Shown here one piece after another: positions 33,266-45,146 of a DNA stretch of 64,000 nt. The DNA is from Monosiga brevicollis MX1 (lineage: Eukaryota). The number at the start of each line of letters is the position of its first letter. Position 1 is the first letter of the stretch. The position numbers and the translations under genes were made by a program. Location: NCBI RefSeq assembly GCF_000002865.3, contig NW_001865080.1, positions 185,716-249,715 of the forward strand. The letters run 5' to 3'. The notes under the pieces are model-generated. The model was given only the letters and a program-made list of their open reading frames with translations, was not told where the DNA came from and did no database searches.

Positions 33266-34032
33266 CACACACACACGTTCAATAATTCGGACTGGACAGA
33301 AACACACACACACATGTGCACGCGACTTTTTTATTTATTTTTAATTTTTCAAACCCCCTTTTTGTTTTATTTTTTATGTTTTTTTTGCGGTGCGCGAGTC
33401 GACGCGAGGTGGTTTGCCGGTCAGTGGTTTTGATTGATATGATTGATCGACTGGACTCGAGTGGGGTTGAATGGCGAGGTGGATGGGGGGAGGGTTGGCT
33501 CTGTTGAGGGGCTTGCATTTGGGCTGATGCCGGGCAAAGGTTTGTAGAGGGTGGTGTGGATTTGTGGAGCCGACGCATCAATTGGATCAACGAGGGGCGG
33601 ACTCGGCTGGGCTCCGCAGGGCAAGGTTGGTGGTTGAAGCGGCGTGTGCCTCGGCGGGCAGTTCCCAATCTGAAAGGGTTATTTGCTCGCTCCCTGTTGA
33701 TACCTTGTTCAATGGCCCTCTTTCTTCCCTGTTGGGGGAGGGTTTCGGCTTGACCTGGTGCGATCAAGACGATCAGAGATAACGCTCGCCTCTCGATATT
33801 TTGCCTTAGCCCTTTTTTATTCCAAGCAGTCTTCAAAGCATCGTTGTGTGCGAAAAGATCAGGCTAGTGTGCGTTGTCATACCCCTCTTATCCGTCTTGG
33901 TGGACATCAAACGACACCCGGTACCTGTGCTGCTCTCTCCTCACGGCAATCCACTCTTTTTTTTTTTTTTTCTCGCTGTTGCAGAGCTTGGTTTGGTGAA
34001 CGCAACTGCTCTCGACTGTCGTAACCGCCAAC

Positions 34033-36893
34033 ATGGCTAAAGGTACGTCCTCGTGGAACCCTCGCGCATCATCTGCTCCCATCTTTGGTCACAGCTGCTG
34101 CTCAATGGAAACCTCTGCTTTCCCCAGCTGATGCCTCCTTCTCGGAGGACATGACTGTCCAAGAGTTTTTGCAAGGTAGGCCGGACGCTTGCGATCGCAC
34201 ACCCATCATTGCAACCCCATCGACGCACAGGCAAAGGCACCGTCATGCTCTTTCTCTATTGACGCCTTGCACTTTTTGTTCTTGGTCCCCTTCCCGCGCC
34301 CGACTGGTGCGCACACCCTAGTTGCTGGCCTGGAAGAATATTATCAGCCTTTTGTGGAGCAGGGCGTCAAAACGGTCAAGGACATCATCGACTCGGCCAA
34401 GGTTTGTCCCTGCATGCTCTGCTTCACCTACAACGACCTTGTCATCCCTCCTCCAGCCCCGTATCTCGAGGCCCTGACGCACCATGCCTCCCCGTTCACT
34501 CGAATGATCATGTGGTAGTATTTGAAAGAGGACTGTGGTCTCAAAGCCGTCCACAAAGGCAAACTTGACTCTGCCATCAAAACCTATGAGGGTTCGTCCC
34601 GAAGAAAGACCTGCCACATGCCGCCACCCCCTGCAAAGTCGATGAAGCCACCTCATGCCTGACCGCCCCCTGTCCAACAATTGACTCGCACACCACAGGT
34701 ACAACCAAACGTTCACGATTGGGATCGATCGGACGCATGTTCCGGCGCCGCTCCAACAGCCAGTCCAAGATCCCCATGGCAGCTGAAGTTGCAATGGCTG
34801 GACCCCCTCCTGCTGCAGTCCCTGCTGGCCCACCAGCCGCCGTGTCCACCCCAAAGAACCAATCAAACCGCTCCTCAATCGATGGACGTGGCCTGCCCCC
34901 GCTTCCTGGTACCGCCGCCGATGACGCATTGGACGATGCCATCTCAGGCCTTCAACAAACCGGTGGCTACATCAATGGCCTCGATGCCTCTCAAAGCTCT
35001 GGTACCATCCCTGTTTTCAACCGCGTCTGAAAAAACACCCAGCCCCGCCTGAAATGTAAATCACCCCTGATGTCTCACGTCCCGCTTCCTACTGCCGTTG
35101 CTTCTCATTGAGCCCACTCGATAGGCATGCCCAGCGATGTTTATGAGGATCCCGACCAGGCCGTGTCGTCCGATGCATATGAAGATCCGAGCAAGGCGGC
35201 GTCCCCACTACAGGAAGACACTTACGATGACGCCGACTCGGTCGCCATCGCCTCTCCCTCGCGCCCATCAGTTCCCAAGCCATATGCCGCCTCTGAGCCC
35301 GTTGGCGCCGCCTCTGATGAGCAAGTATACGAAGATCCCGACAGCCACAAACCTGGCCCCACAGCCGATGCCAGCGCCCACGACTACGAGAATTACAACG
35401 GGGCCAACTCAGGCCTGCCCGAGGCCTTGGCTTCGGCGCCCTCGCTACCGGCCCGTCACCCCAACGCCTCGGCGGCTGCTGCTGCTGCCGTGTTGGAACA
35501 ACCAAACTACGAAGACGTGGACGATCAGCACGACTACGAAGATCCTCAGCCATTGCCCAGCGAGGAAACAAGCTCGAGTCAGCCACCCCGCGTACCCATG
35601 AAGCGACCGGAATCTGTCCTCGTGGAGCCCGACCAAGCGCCCTTGCCCGCGGATCCCAACACTTGGAACAACGGCGAGGTGCTCCGATGGCTCCGAGAGA
35701 ACGACCTCAAAGACTTTAAGGATGCCATTTACAGCAACGGGTTTGATGGCAAGAAGCTCCTCACCCTGAACGGCGATGCCTTCAAGGCTGGTGGCTTTCC
35801 TGCTGATCGTTGCCTCGTCCTGGACCAGGCGCTGAACAACCTGCGCCGCCAAGCGGCACCCACCAACACCCTTCCCAAAGGCTCCACTCTCAGCCCGCCA
35901 CCCACCGACGAGACAATTGCACCCCCGCGCCGCGCCATGGCCAAGGCCGACTATGTCGCCGATCCTAGCCTGAAAGTCACTCAGCTATCCTTCAAGACGA
36001 GCGAAATTGTTTGTAGCTCGCTCGTCGTGTCCCCACATGGCCCGTGTGCCAGGCCGACAGCCGACTTTCTTGCACATACTCACACCGTCGCACATGCCCT
36101 GTCCCCTGTGTTTGGCGCCTGGGCTCGCGTGGCATTCCTATGCGAATGTGGATGTAGGTGCAAGTCCTCGATGATTCACACAATTGGTGGAAGGCTGAGA
36201 ATAGCCAGGGCGAGATTGGCCGCGTCCCGTCCAACTACTTTGAACTCGTTGATGGCGACGATTTTGACCACGAAGCGTGAGTTTTGCGTGTCCTTGGCCC
36301 GAGTTTGCTGGCAGCACAACCCTGTTTGATTGAGTTTGGGTAGCGGGTCAATCTACAGGCCACAGCTCATGTGTGTCACGGGTCGGCTGCAGCTGGTTCC
36401 ATGGGGACATTGTGGATCGTGTTGTGGCTGAGCAGCGTTTGAACCGAGCTGCGCCCGGCACCTTCCTGATCAGGCGCTCGCAGCGTACAGCCAACGGGCT
36501 GACCCTTAGTGTCCGGTGTGTGCTGTGGCTCCCCTACGTCAACCCTCTTGTCCTGGCAGATCCAGGCTCGCCTTAAATGTCGCCCCATCGTCGTATTGCT
36601 GCGGGGCGTCGTGCACGCTTATTCATGTGGGTGATTGCAGGAGTGAAACCGCGGTTATCCACCTACCGATCGAGGTGGGGGAGACATACAGTTTCGGTGG
36701 AAGTGGTGCCTCGTAAGTTTACCGTCTCAAAAGCATGCTGTGCACTTTGGCGATTTGACTCTAGCCCCGTCCTCTGGTTGCTCATGTGCCACTCTTGTCT
36801 CTTTGCATGTTGGGGGGCCTTGACCGCAGCTGCTTTCAGTATCTATTCCATATGGTCGCACACTATCGTGTCAATGACATTCGGGTTGGTTGA
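34033..36893 (+). CDS. Phosphotyrosine adaptor: SAM - Pro/acidic region with YEDP motifs - SAM - SH3 - SH2; multi-exon
   Basis: ATG GCT AAA G|GT. SAM1: MTVQEFLQ|VAGLEEYYQPFVEQGV...CGLKAVHKGKL. SAM2: PNTWNNGEVLRWL...GFDGKKLLTL. SH3: AMAKADY...LSFK|...NWWKAENSQGEIGRVPSNYF. SH2: WFHG...GTFLIRRS...HMVAHY. TGA 36891-36893. Confidence 0.85.
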
Positions 36894-38166
36894 GGCGCCA
36901 TTGAACAGCCCTTTGGCATCTCCGCGCGAGCTCACTTTGCTGTGCTGCATCTGGACGCCATTCCTATGTACAGATTAATGGTCGGGACCCACTTCGGTTG
37001 CATTATCCATGCCCCAAGCCCTGAGGCAGCCACTTTGCCGATCTGTTTTTGTTCTGTCTATTGTGTTGGTGGAGCTTTTGATTGACCGTGCCGTGACGGA
37101 GGTCAAGGATAATCTGAGTGTGCGCATCAAGAAGCCATCCGACCTCCTTTCAGTTTTCCCCCTCCTTGCGGAATTGACGGAAAAAAACCTGTATCAACAA
37201 GAAGCGATACCCCAGCTCTGTTACCAAGTGTCAATAACGTGTTCACCACCTTCACGTGTGTGTGTGTGTGTGTGTGTGTGGCATTTCCTTTCCTCTTCGA
37301 CACACATCATCAGTGAGTCGTCCGCCAGCGGGTCAGTGGCGCCAGAGCTGCTCAACTGGGTTTGGCGCCACTGACCCACTGATGGAGGGCTCGGTGGCAA
37401 TGAGGTAAGGCAGATGTCAGGCGTGTCGTGGCTGTGTTTGATGTGATTGGTGTGGTTGTTGCACCACCAGCTCGAATTAGAGTCAGGGCCCAATTGGCAC
37501 CTCGTGTGTATCGTTGCGGCCCCGCTAGCGATGCTGGGAGATAAATGAGCCCGTGTCCTTCGGGACCGGGTATTCTGTTTGAGCGATACAATCAAGCGTT
37601 GGCCGTTGCCTTGTGCAACCATGGCCCGTCTTGGCTCTCCCTCCTTCGGACATTTCCTTCTTCTTTATTTCCCTTGTTTGACGTGATCTTCAAACGACTT
37701 GATGGCAGCTCGTCAACCTCACCTCGGCATGTCTCCTTGCTGAAACATAGTTAAAGTATAATGTCGCCACAATCAGCCAGCTGAGCTGGCCAGTGGTATG
37801 GCTTTGCAGTCCCATAAAGGCTGGAAGCCAAGCCTGCCGTGCAGGCTGGCATTAAGCGGGCTGTGCCTGCCATCTTTATCCGACTCTTTATTAACCGAAT
37901 CGACTCGAAATGATATTTACATGTCAACATCATCATCACCATGTTCTTGCTTCAAGTCATCTTCAAGCCCCGCTCCCGACGCATGAGCGTAGGGACGCAA
38001 CCATGGAAAGGGCAAGGGGAAGGGACGCAACAAGCAGCGCAGCGTGACAAAGCCGCCAAGGAACCCCCACATTTTTTTTTTTTTTCTTTTTTTCCTTTTG
38101 CGCTCTTTGAGCGTTCCAGACAAGACACGGTGCGCCGTGATAATAATCATCGCAATTGTGTGCCAG

Positions 38167-39125
38167 CTAGCCGGGGGACCAGCGGCTCAGCTGAGCCAGC
38201 ACGGCTGGCCATATGGCAACGTTAAAAGTCAGGTAGAATGTGTATGAGATTGGGATGCTGGCACCACCAGCCAAGGGGTAGAGCCAAAGGCCTCGGCGAT
38301 GCGCATCGCGCAGTTGATGCGTGAGCACGGCGGTCAGTGGCAGCAGAAATGTGTCACGATGGGCGCCCGCAACGTTGCACCGGTGAGCCACATAGCTCAG
38401 CAAAAGCGCTGCGGCAATGGCTACTGGCAGTGAGTGTAGCCACGGCCGCGTGGACAGGGAGGTGGCTGCCTGCAACCCCGGCAGCACGACACGCCCGATT
38501 CGGTGAGACTCCCTGCGGCTATAACCAACAGGCATTGTGCTGTGACAAAGTGAGTGCTTGAGAGGTGATGCGTGATGACTCTAGACTCGTGGCACACACC
38601 GTAAGACTCCAGCGCGAGGCGTGGAAAAAGTGATCCAGGTCCATCAGACTGGCCAGGATGGCACAGATGATGGCTTGAAGCAGGGCACGGATCACCCGCC
38701 CATGCCGAATCAAGTCAAGAGCCTTGCCCGTGAGCCAGGCAGCTCCGGCACTACCGGCGTGTCCACTGGTGTCAACCAGTGCCTTGGCGATGCTGTTGCA
38801 GTCAAATGGCAGAAGGATGAGTCGGGCCTCATTCACAAGCCGCGCCATTGAGGGCGATATCCGACCACAGGGGCCCCAAAAAGGTCGGCAAGGGGGTATG
38901 CCCCACCAAAAGACAAAAAGGAGGCTGCAAGAGTTGGCCGGGCAAGCCTGTGGTTGTCGGCACGTACCGAGGCCAGTCGGGACGCGTCAGGAGATGATCG
39001 AGGAGCAGGAGGGCCAGCAAGTGCACCAAGATGACCACGACCACGAAAACGAGGAGATGACGATGGATCTGGGCCTGCGCACGCACGAGGCTGCGTGGAG
39101 TGTACTCGAAGCGCACGGGCTGCAT
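38167..39125 (-). CDS. TMEM267: TMEM267-like membrane protein; multi-exon
   Basis: Motifs LVDTSGHA, ASLMDLDHF, RPWLHS and HQLRDAHRRGLWLYP match the TMEM267 (C5orf28) family as I recall it. Confidence 0.8.
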
Positions 39126-39674
39126 AGCCAGTGCCTCGGGAGCAGAGGCACCCATTTTGATTGGACAACCACAAGAATCCTGCCCAGGCAGCAGGCCGTG
39201 GGCCCTAGGTGGGCGGTTTCAACTTCCTCCCCACACCCGCACCGATCACGACCTCTTGATTCAGGCCATTTTGCTTGCACCCTGAGCTGCTGTGGTCAGC
39301 CCAAAAGTGTTTGAGCTTGATCAAACATCCAGGTCTGGCCCCAGCCAGAACACCGCCACGCTCAGTCGCCCTCACAGCTCCAACAGCGATGGCACGCTGC
39401 ACTCACGCACACTCACATACACTCGAGAGCTACTTACATGTTAAAAAAAAACCCCAGCGGCAGCGAAAACTCAACTTAATGCCGCACAAACATGAACATC
39501 AACAAAGGTAAATCTTTCTTAAGAAGCCCTTAGAGTACCATTGCGTTTCAAATGTTTTCTGCATCTTCCTTTAAATTTGCGACGTTTTCTCCATTTTCCC
39601 AGGTTTTTGAAATCATCAAAGGACTCTTTTGCTGAATCGGCGGTGCAGGGCGGTGGAGTCATCAAAGGATTGCC

Positions 39675-40574
39675 ATGGCGGCCATGCATTCGCGCAGTGC
39701 GGCGGTGTGGTTGATGGGGCTGTGTGTGTCAGTGGTGGCTGTGAACTATCAGCACCCACAGCTCGGCTTTCCGACCGGCTGCGATCTGACCAAGGTCAAC
39801 GACTGTGCACCCACGTATGCCGATCTTCAGGCCAACGGCAGTCTCTGGCCTTGTCCGACCGCCAATTCTCCAGCAGGCACCTGCTTTGAAGGCTGTACCA
39901 CGGGTAACGATCAGGGCCTGTGCCAAAATCTCTCCCCCAGTGAGCCCTGTTGCTGCCCTGTTGCCGGCTGCTATGTGGGACCGCAGTTCAACCAGGTGCG
40001 TCTGCTGCGCTCGGCATTGCCGCACTGCGTGATTGGCAGTGGCTCCACTCACTCAAACGGATCGCTGCAACCCGGCCTTGTAGATTATTGGAGTGTGCAA
40101 GGGGGAAGGTTGTGCATGTGGTGGGGCCACGGCACCGGGCTGTGCACCTCAAGGCGATCCCCTGCGCTGTGGGACGACCAGCACGGGCGCCACATGCACG
40201 GGGCCGGCGGTACCCTGCTGCTTTGGTAACAACGTGACAGACTTGGAGCCATACTATCAAACCGGGAGCCAAGTGGTTCTCAATTACATGGCTGCCTATG
40301 CCTTTGACAACGCCAGCCGCACATGGCGACGTCAAGACGACAGCTCTTTCAATGTCGACGGAAGCAAACCCGCGTTTGACCTCATGAAGCCATACGGCGG
40401 CCTGCAGCCTGCCGATGCCTGGCTAGGGCCCCAACCCGGTGGCAGCGTGTATTGGTCCCTGGCCTACTACAACCCTGGTGTACCTGGCGTGGCGGGCGAT
40501 GGGCTCATGTTTGTCCTCTCGACCGAGCAATTTTGGGCGGCTACCTGGTACATGCTCAATCAGGTATTTATTCT

Positions 40575-40605
<31 letters not shown>

Positions 40606-41445
40606 CCTGAGTGATGAGCTGAATGGTGCACTGCTGGTGAAGGGGCGTGTCTTTCTCCTTGCACAACCTCTTTGCTGCGCGTCGTTATTGTGTGAGCCTT
40701 ACCGTTTTGATTCTCGCCAGGTGACCCTTGATCGTGGGCCAGCAGTGGGCTATCCGGCGGACCAGTGCCCTGTCACCAACAACAATTGTTGGGCAGGCGG
40801 AAACGCAGGAGAGATGGACTTTTTGGAACCCGCCTGGCAAGAGCCCAACAACACGCGAACCCAGGGCTATCGACGCAGCTTTGAGTAGGTTGTGCTTGAT
40901 GGCCAGCCTCATTTTGAGCATCGCACCCAGCTAACGTGCTGTTCCTCGGGCTCGTGTCTGATAGCACGCAGTTTAACCAAGTGGGACGGTGCTTCAACGG
41001 CGGTGTCAACCAAGGCGGCTTTCAGAGCGACAACTACGTCGTCACCTCGGGTCGGGACGAGAACCGCCCCTACATTTATGTCGCGCTTGTCGACTCGGTG
41101 GGCAATTGGCTCTACCGTATTCCGGCGGAGAATGCATCCACCATCTGGCCCGGCCTGAATCGGACCCATGCTGCGGCTACACTGCAGGCGGCGCCGACCA
41201 TGCGACCGCAGCAGGTCAACCCCTGCGTGGATGGCTTTTGCGCCGTCTTCACCTCCAACTGCCAGGCCACCAACTGGAGCGATGCGCAAGCCGAAAACTG
41301 CGCCTTCAATCCCACCCAGGGTATGTGTGGCAATTGGTTTCAAGGCTATGCCAATACGGGACAGCCCTTGTTTCCCGACGATAACTGTGATCGCGATGTG
41401 CGCAATGGCAAAACCATGCCCTGGTGCAAGGCCATGGTCAATTAG
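39675..41445 (+). CDS. Secreted Cys-rich protein with a GH16-like catalytic signature; multi-exon
   Basis: Signal peptide (VWLMGLCVSVVA); Cys-rich N-terminus; FWAATWYML followed by CWAGGNAGEMDFLEP, resembling GH16 WPAFWML...WP..GEIDI.E. Confidence 0.6.
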
Positions 41446-42098
41446 CACAATGGCACCTTCCAAATGGTGGAGCATAGCGCATGCCCTACCTTCCAACGCC
41501 TTTGATAGTGCCCCGATCAAACCGGCTGTCGTCCCTCTGTTCTGCTCGTGAACTGTATCAAGGACTGTTCTCTGAAGTTGTGTGTTGACGAGGTCTGCTT
41601 GTTTGCATACCAGCTAAGCAGCGATCCAACTATCGAGTCTGATCAGTTGAGCCTCGACACAACCCATTCCTCTCAGCCATACCCCGATTCCACACCCATA
41701 CACCCCAGACGTGCTACCGTGTGCTCAACACCACGGCCCGTCCATCCCATAGCAGCACCACTCATACTTTCCTAAGAAGAAGCAGAAGAGCAAGGCACGG
41801 ATTATACAAAGCGACTTTGCTGTTGCTCTTGTTGGTATTGTTGTACTGACATTTTGTTACCAAATATCATTGACGTTGACAACCAGAAATAACACACACA
41901 CACTCTCTCTCTGTTTTTTTTTTTTTTTTTTTTTTTCTGCTGATTTGGTAGATCCAGAGCTCGCTTGACGGCCGCGGGGAACTCTGCTTGAACGGGCATT
42001 CCAAGGCTGGGAAAAGGAGTCAATCTGCACGTTTGGGGCTTTTGGCAAAGGTGGATTGGCGGGCATTGGAGTTGTGAGGAGGCTGAACTGGAACCAGC

Positions 42099-43004
42099 AT
42101 GGCGCACGCACGCAGCTTTGGTCACGGCGTGCGCGTGGGTAACTGGCAGGAGGACATCGCCTCGGAGGAGGTGCGCTTCTGCGTTCTGGGCTTGGATGCT
42201 TTTTCCTGTCGCTCGAGCTCAACTGGTGTCGATAGTTTTGTAGCTCATGCGCTGCCTGCTGCTGACGCTGTGACTTACATTCACTAGGATCGCGTTCAAG
42301 CATTTCTGGCCAAACAACAGGCAGGGCAAACCTTGTCGCAGACAGTGGCCAGTGTACAAGCCACGGCCAGCACGGCCCAGAAACTATCTCGAGCAGGGGA
42401 TGGCTTTCTGAACAATGGCGAAACATGCCAGTTGAGCCACCCCAGCAGTGAGAGTGTTGTGAGCTATCTCCCATCCGTGCTGGCGGCTCCCGGCACTCCC
42501 ATGGCATGCACGGCCCAACCCCAAGCGCCTCCCGCTTCCCGCAACGCTTTTACAGTGGTGCTCTGCGATGCGCCGACCGCAGAGCGGCGCATCACCTACG
42601 GTGACAACGTCTATCTTCAATGCCGCCTGCCCGAGCACAGCGTTGGCTATCTCTGCTCCGAGAAGCTGGGGCTCACAGGACGCCCTGCGCGCTACAGCGG
42701 CAAGCAAAGCGTGACCTTCCTGCAAGCGGAAAGCCCGACCTTTGATTGTGCCTGGACATTTGTCGCCGTGGACCCCCAGATGCGCTTTGAGATGGAGGGC
42801 CAGCCCGTTCCTGCGGGAGAACCCGTTTTGCTCAAGCACGCACGCACGGGTGTGCTGCTAGCCGTCTTCAAGCAGCATGTCTGGCGCAGCGAGTTTGGAG
42901 CCGAGTTTGAAGTCGCCTGTGATACGGTTCTCGACCGCTTCCACGCCGAGAGTCCCGAAAACCTCTTTGTCATTGTTGAAGACACTGCCCCCGTCTCGGA
43001 TTGA
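42099..43004 (+). CDS. CFAP161: Cilia- and flagella-associated protein 161; 2 exons
   Basis: MAHARSFGHGVRVGNWQEDIASEE|DRVQAFLAK matches the CFAP161 N-terminus. Later RNAFTV, DPQMRFEMEGQPVPAGEPVLLKHARTG and EFGAEFEV also fit. Confidence 0.85.
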
Positions 43005-43348
43005 GCCGCCGTGCGGCCTCCCCCGAATTTCCTCTGTCCTCCTGCTTCTTTTTCTTTTTTTTCTGGTCAGGTCAGGTCTTCAGAAGGCCTGGACCATGGC
43101 CGCCCAGCGACTTTTAAAGCTTGGTTGGTGATCTTTTCATACCCCTCTGAGTTGAGCAGCACCTCAACCGTGACTCCCTCCCATCAATCGAGATAGCCCT
43201 CAAGTCTAACCTTTTCGTTGCTTTTTCAAGTTTCAGTGTGGACCTCAGAAAAGATGACAAATAAGGATGACAAGTACGCTTTCAGCCAAAGTCTTTGAAT
43301 TCAAATGGTTTTATATACAATAATTTGTTTCCTTACCATCACATTTCT

Positions 43349-43420
43349 GGGATCTTGGTCTAGTGGTATGATTCTCGCTTTGGGTGCGAGAGGTCCGGGG
43401 TTCGATTCCCCGAGGTCCCC
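43349..43420 (+). tRNA. tRNA-Pro(TGG): tRNA-Pro, anticodon TGG, intronless, 72 nt
   Basis: Acceptor stem GGGATCT/AGGTCCC; A-box TGGTCTAGTGG; anticodon arm CTCGC-TT-TGG-GT-GCGAG; T arm CGGGG-TTCGATT-CCCCG. A T-run follows at ~43429 as a Pol III terminator. Confidence 0.95.
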
Positions 43421-43733
43421 TGAAATTCTTTTTGCTTTTGGGCGGCTCATTCTTGAGCAGGACAGTGGCTTTCGCTGCTTTCGCTGTGGGATGACTGAGC
43501 CCCCCCCCCTTTTTTTTTTGCACGCTTGCTACACTGCCATCTGTACTCGTAAGGGATCGACACAGGGATTTCGGTCTCATTTTTTTGCGCTGGATTTTCA
43601 TTCAAATGGTGCTCTACTGCCCCCCGCCTCGCCTCACTGGGCAACAAATACAAATTGCTGCTTGATCGGGAGCAGGTTGCAAACTATTAGGGTGGGCCCA
43701 GACGACACGGGCGGCGAGTTGATTTCAAACTCT

Positions 43734-45146
43734 TTATTGACGTGCGAGCTGATAGGCCTGCTCTTGCTTGGCAATTTCGGCAACCAGGCACTCAACAAAG
43801 GTGGGACAAAGCTGGGGCAGGTCACCCCAGAGCAGCTCATGGGTGGCAAAGGTCGTCTCCTGGCCAGCAGCCAGCAAGGGCACGAGGGTGTCCCAGCTGG
43901 GCTCGACATAGGCAAAGTCAATCTCCCCACCGCGCTGGACCGCTCGCATAAAGACGTACCAAGAGGCCATGATGCGAATGGCGTGATGGGGCACGAGGCC
44001 TCGCCGGGCCGTGGCCTCGGCCGTGGGCCGGATGAAAATGGGCATCTTGCTGGCGCCGTCGCTGCAGATGCGGGCTACGGTGTCACCGATACTGGCATTG
44101 GAGAACCGAGCGCAAATCTCATCGCGATAGGCAGCGAGATCGATGGGTGATTCGCCAAGTCCCGGAATGACTTCTTCCGTTTCGTAAGCCATGAAAAAGT
44201 CGGCCAGCTCGGGGTCGGTCATGGCGCGGTCAAAAGTGCGGTGGCCGCGAAGGGCCGCGAGATAGGCAAGCGCCGTGTGCCCACCATTCAAGACCCGAAT
44301 CTTGGCCTCTTCGTGAGCCTGGACGTCCCGAGTGATAATGGCCCCGGCTCTATCCAGAGGTGGGCGGGCACCGGCAAAGTTGTCCTCAATCACCCAGCGA
44401 ATGTACGGTTCAGCCATGATGGTGACCTGGTCCTCGATGCCAAAGCGCTCGCGAACATCGCGGGCATGAGCTGGGTCTAGACGCGGGGTGATGCGATCCA
44501 CCATGCTGCAGGGAAAGGAGACGTGAGCCTCCACCCAGGCACGGGTGGCCTCATCCTGGGCAGCCTTCAAGTATTGCAGAAAGCCCGTGCGCAACTTGTG
44601 CCCGTTCTCGCGGAGATTATCGCACGACATGAGGGTGATCGGGCGGCCATTACCAGCCATGCGCGCGCGCATCGCACCGTGCAGATAGGTGTACACACAA
44701 CTGGTTGGCTGCTGTGCGAGCCCCTGCGCCACATCGGGTGCCTGGGTGCGGAGCACATCGGCTTCGTCCAGGTAGTAGCCGCTCTCGGTGACGGTCATGG
44801 AGATGATTTGGATATGATCATCAGCCGCCCGGGCAACAGCAGCCCCGTAGTCCCGAGACGCATCGATGAGCTCGACAATGGCGCCCACCTGCCGGTACTC
44901 AGTGGCCCCATCAAAGGCCAGCGTCTTGAGCGTGTAGAGGCCGCCTTGGGCCTGCAGGGCCTCAAAGCCGGCACGGTCAGCAGCACGCAAATTAATGCCA
45001 CACACCCCCCAACGCGGGTCCTCCGGCAGCAGCGTGTCCCAGTACACGGCCTGGTGAGCCCGATGGAAGGCCCCGACGCCCAGGTGCACGATCCCGGCCT
45101 GCACCTGGTCGCGCGCATACTTGATTCGCTGCAGCTCGACCGCCAT
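43734..45146 (-). CDS. Polyol-specific long-chain dehydrogenase (mannitol 2-dehydrogenase / D-arabinitol 4-dehydrogenase family); intronless
   Basis: IVHLGVGAFHRAHQA, ISMTVTESGY, LMSCDNLRENG, FPCSMVDRITP, AEPYIRWVIEDNF and catalytic KIRVLNGGH. Confidence 0.93.
   Translation of the reverse strand: MAVELQRIKYARDQVQAGIVHLGVGAFHRAHQAVYWDTLLPEDPRWGVCGINLRAADRAGFEALQAQGGLYTLKTLAFDGATEYRQVGAIVELIDASRDYGAAVARAADDHIQIISMTVTESGYYLDEADVLRTQAPDVAQGLAQQPTSCVYTYLHGAMRARMAGNGRPITLMSCDNLRENGHKLRTGFLQYLKAAQDEATRAWVEAHVSFPCSMVDRITPRLDPAHARDVRERFGIEDQVTIMAEPYIRWVIEDNFAGARPPLDRAGAIITRDVQAHEEAKIRVLNGGHTALAYLAALRGHRTFDRAMTDPELADFFMAYETEEVIPGLGESPIDLAAYRDEICARFSNASIGDTVARICSDGASKMPIFIRPTAEATARRGLVPHHAIRIMASWYVFMRAVQRGGEIDFAYVEPSWDTLVPLLAAGQETTFATHELLWGDLPQLCPTFVECLVAEIAKQEQAYQLARQ

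Noticed and set aside
37009..37374. 121-aa ORF as a protein-coding gene
   Set aside because: It runs through a (TG)n tract and has no recognisable domain; I could not build a convincing spliced model.
37311..37396. SECIS interpretation of the hairpin (and of 16510-16577)
   Set aside because: No RUGA/GA quartet with a correctly spaced apical AA, and I found no in-frame TGA selenoprotein nearby.
43305..44150. 281-aa plus-strand ORF (and 44523..45356)
   Set aside because: It reads through the tRNA-Pro gene and is antisense to the polyol dehydrogenase; an artefact.
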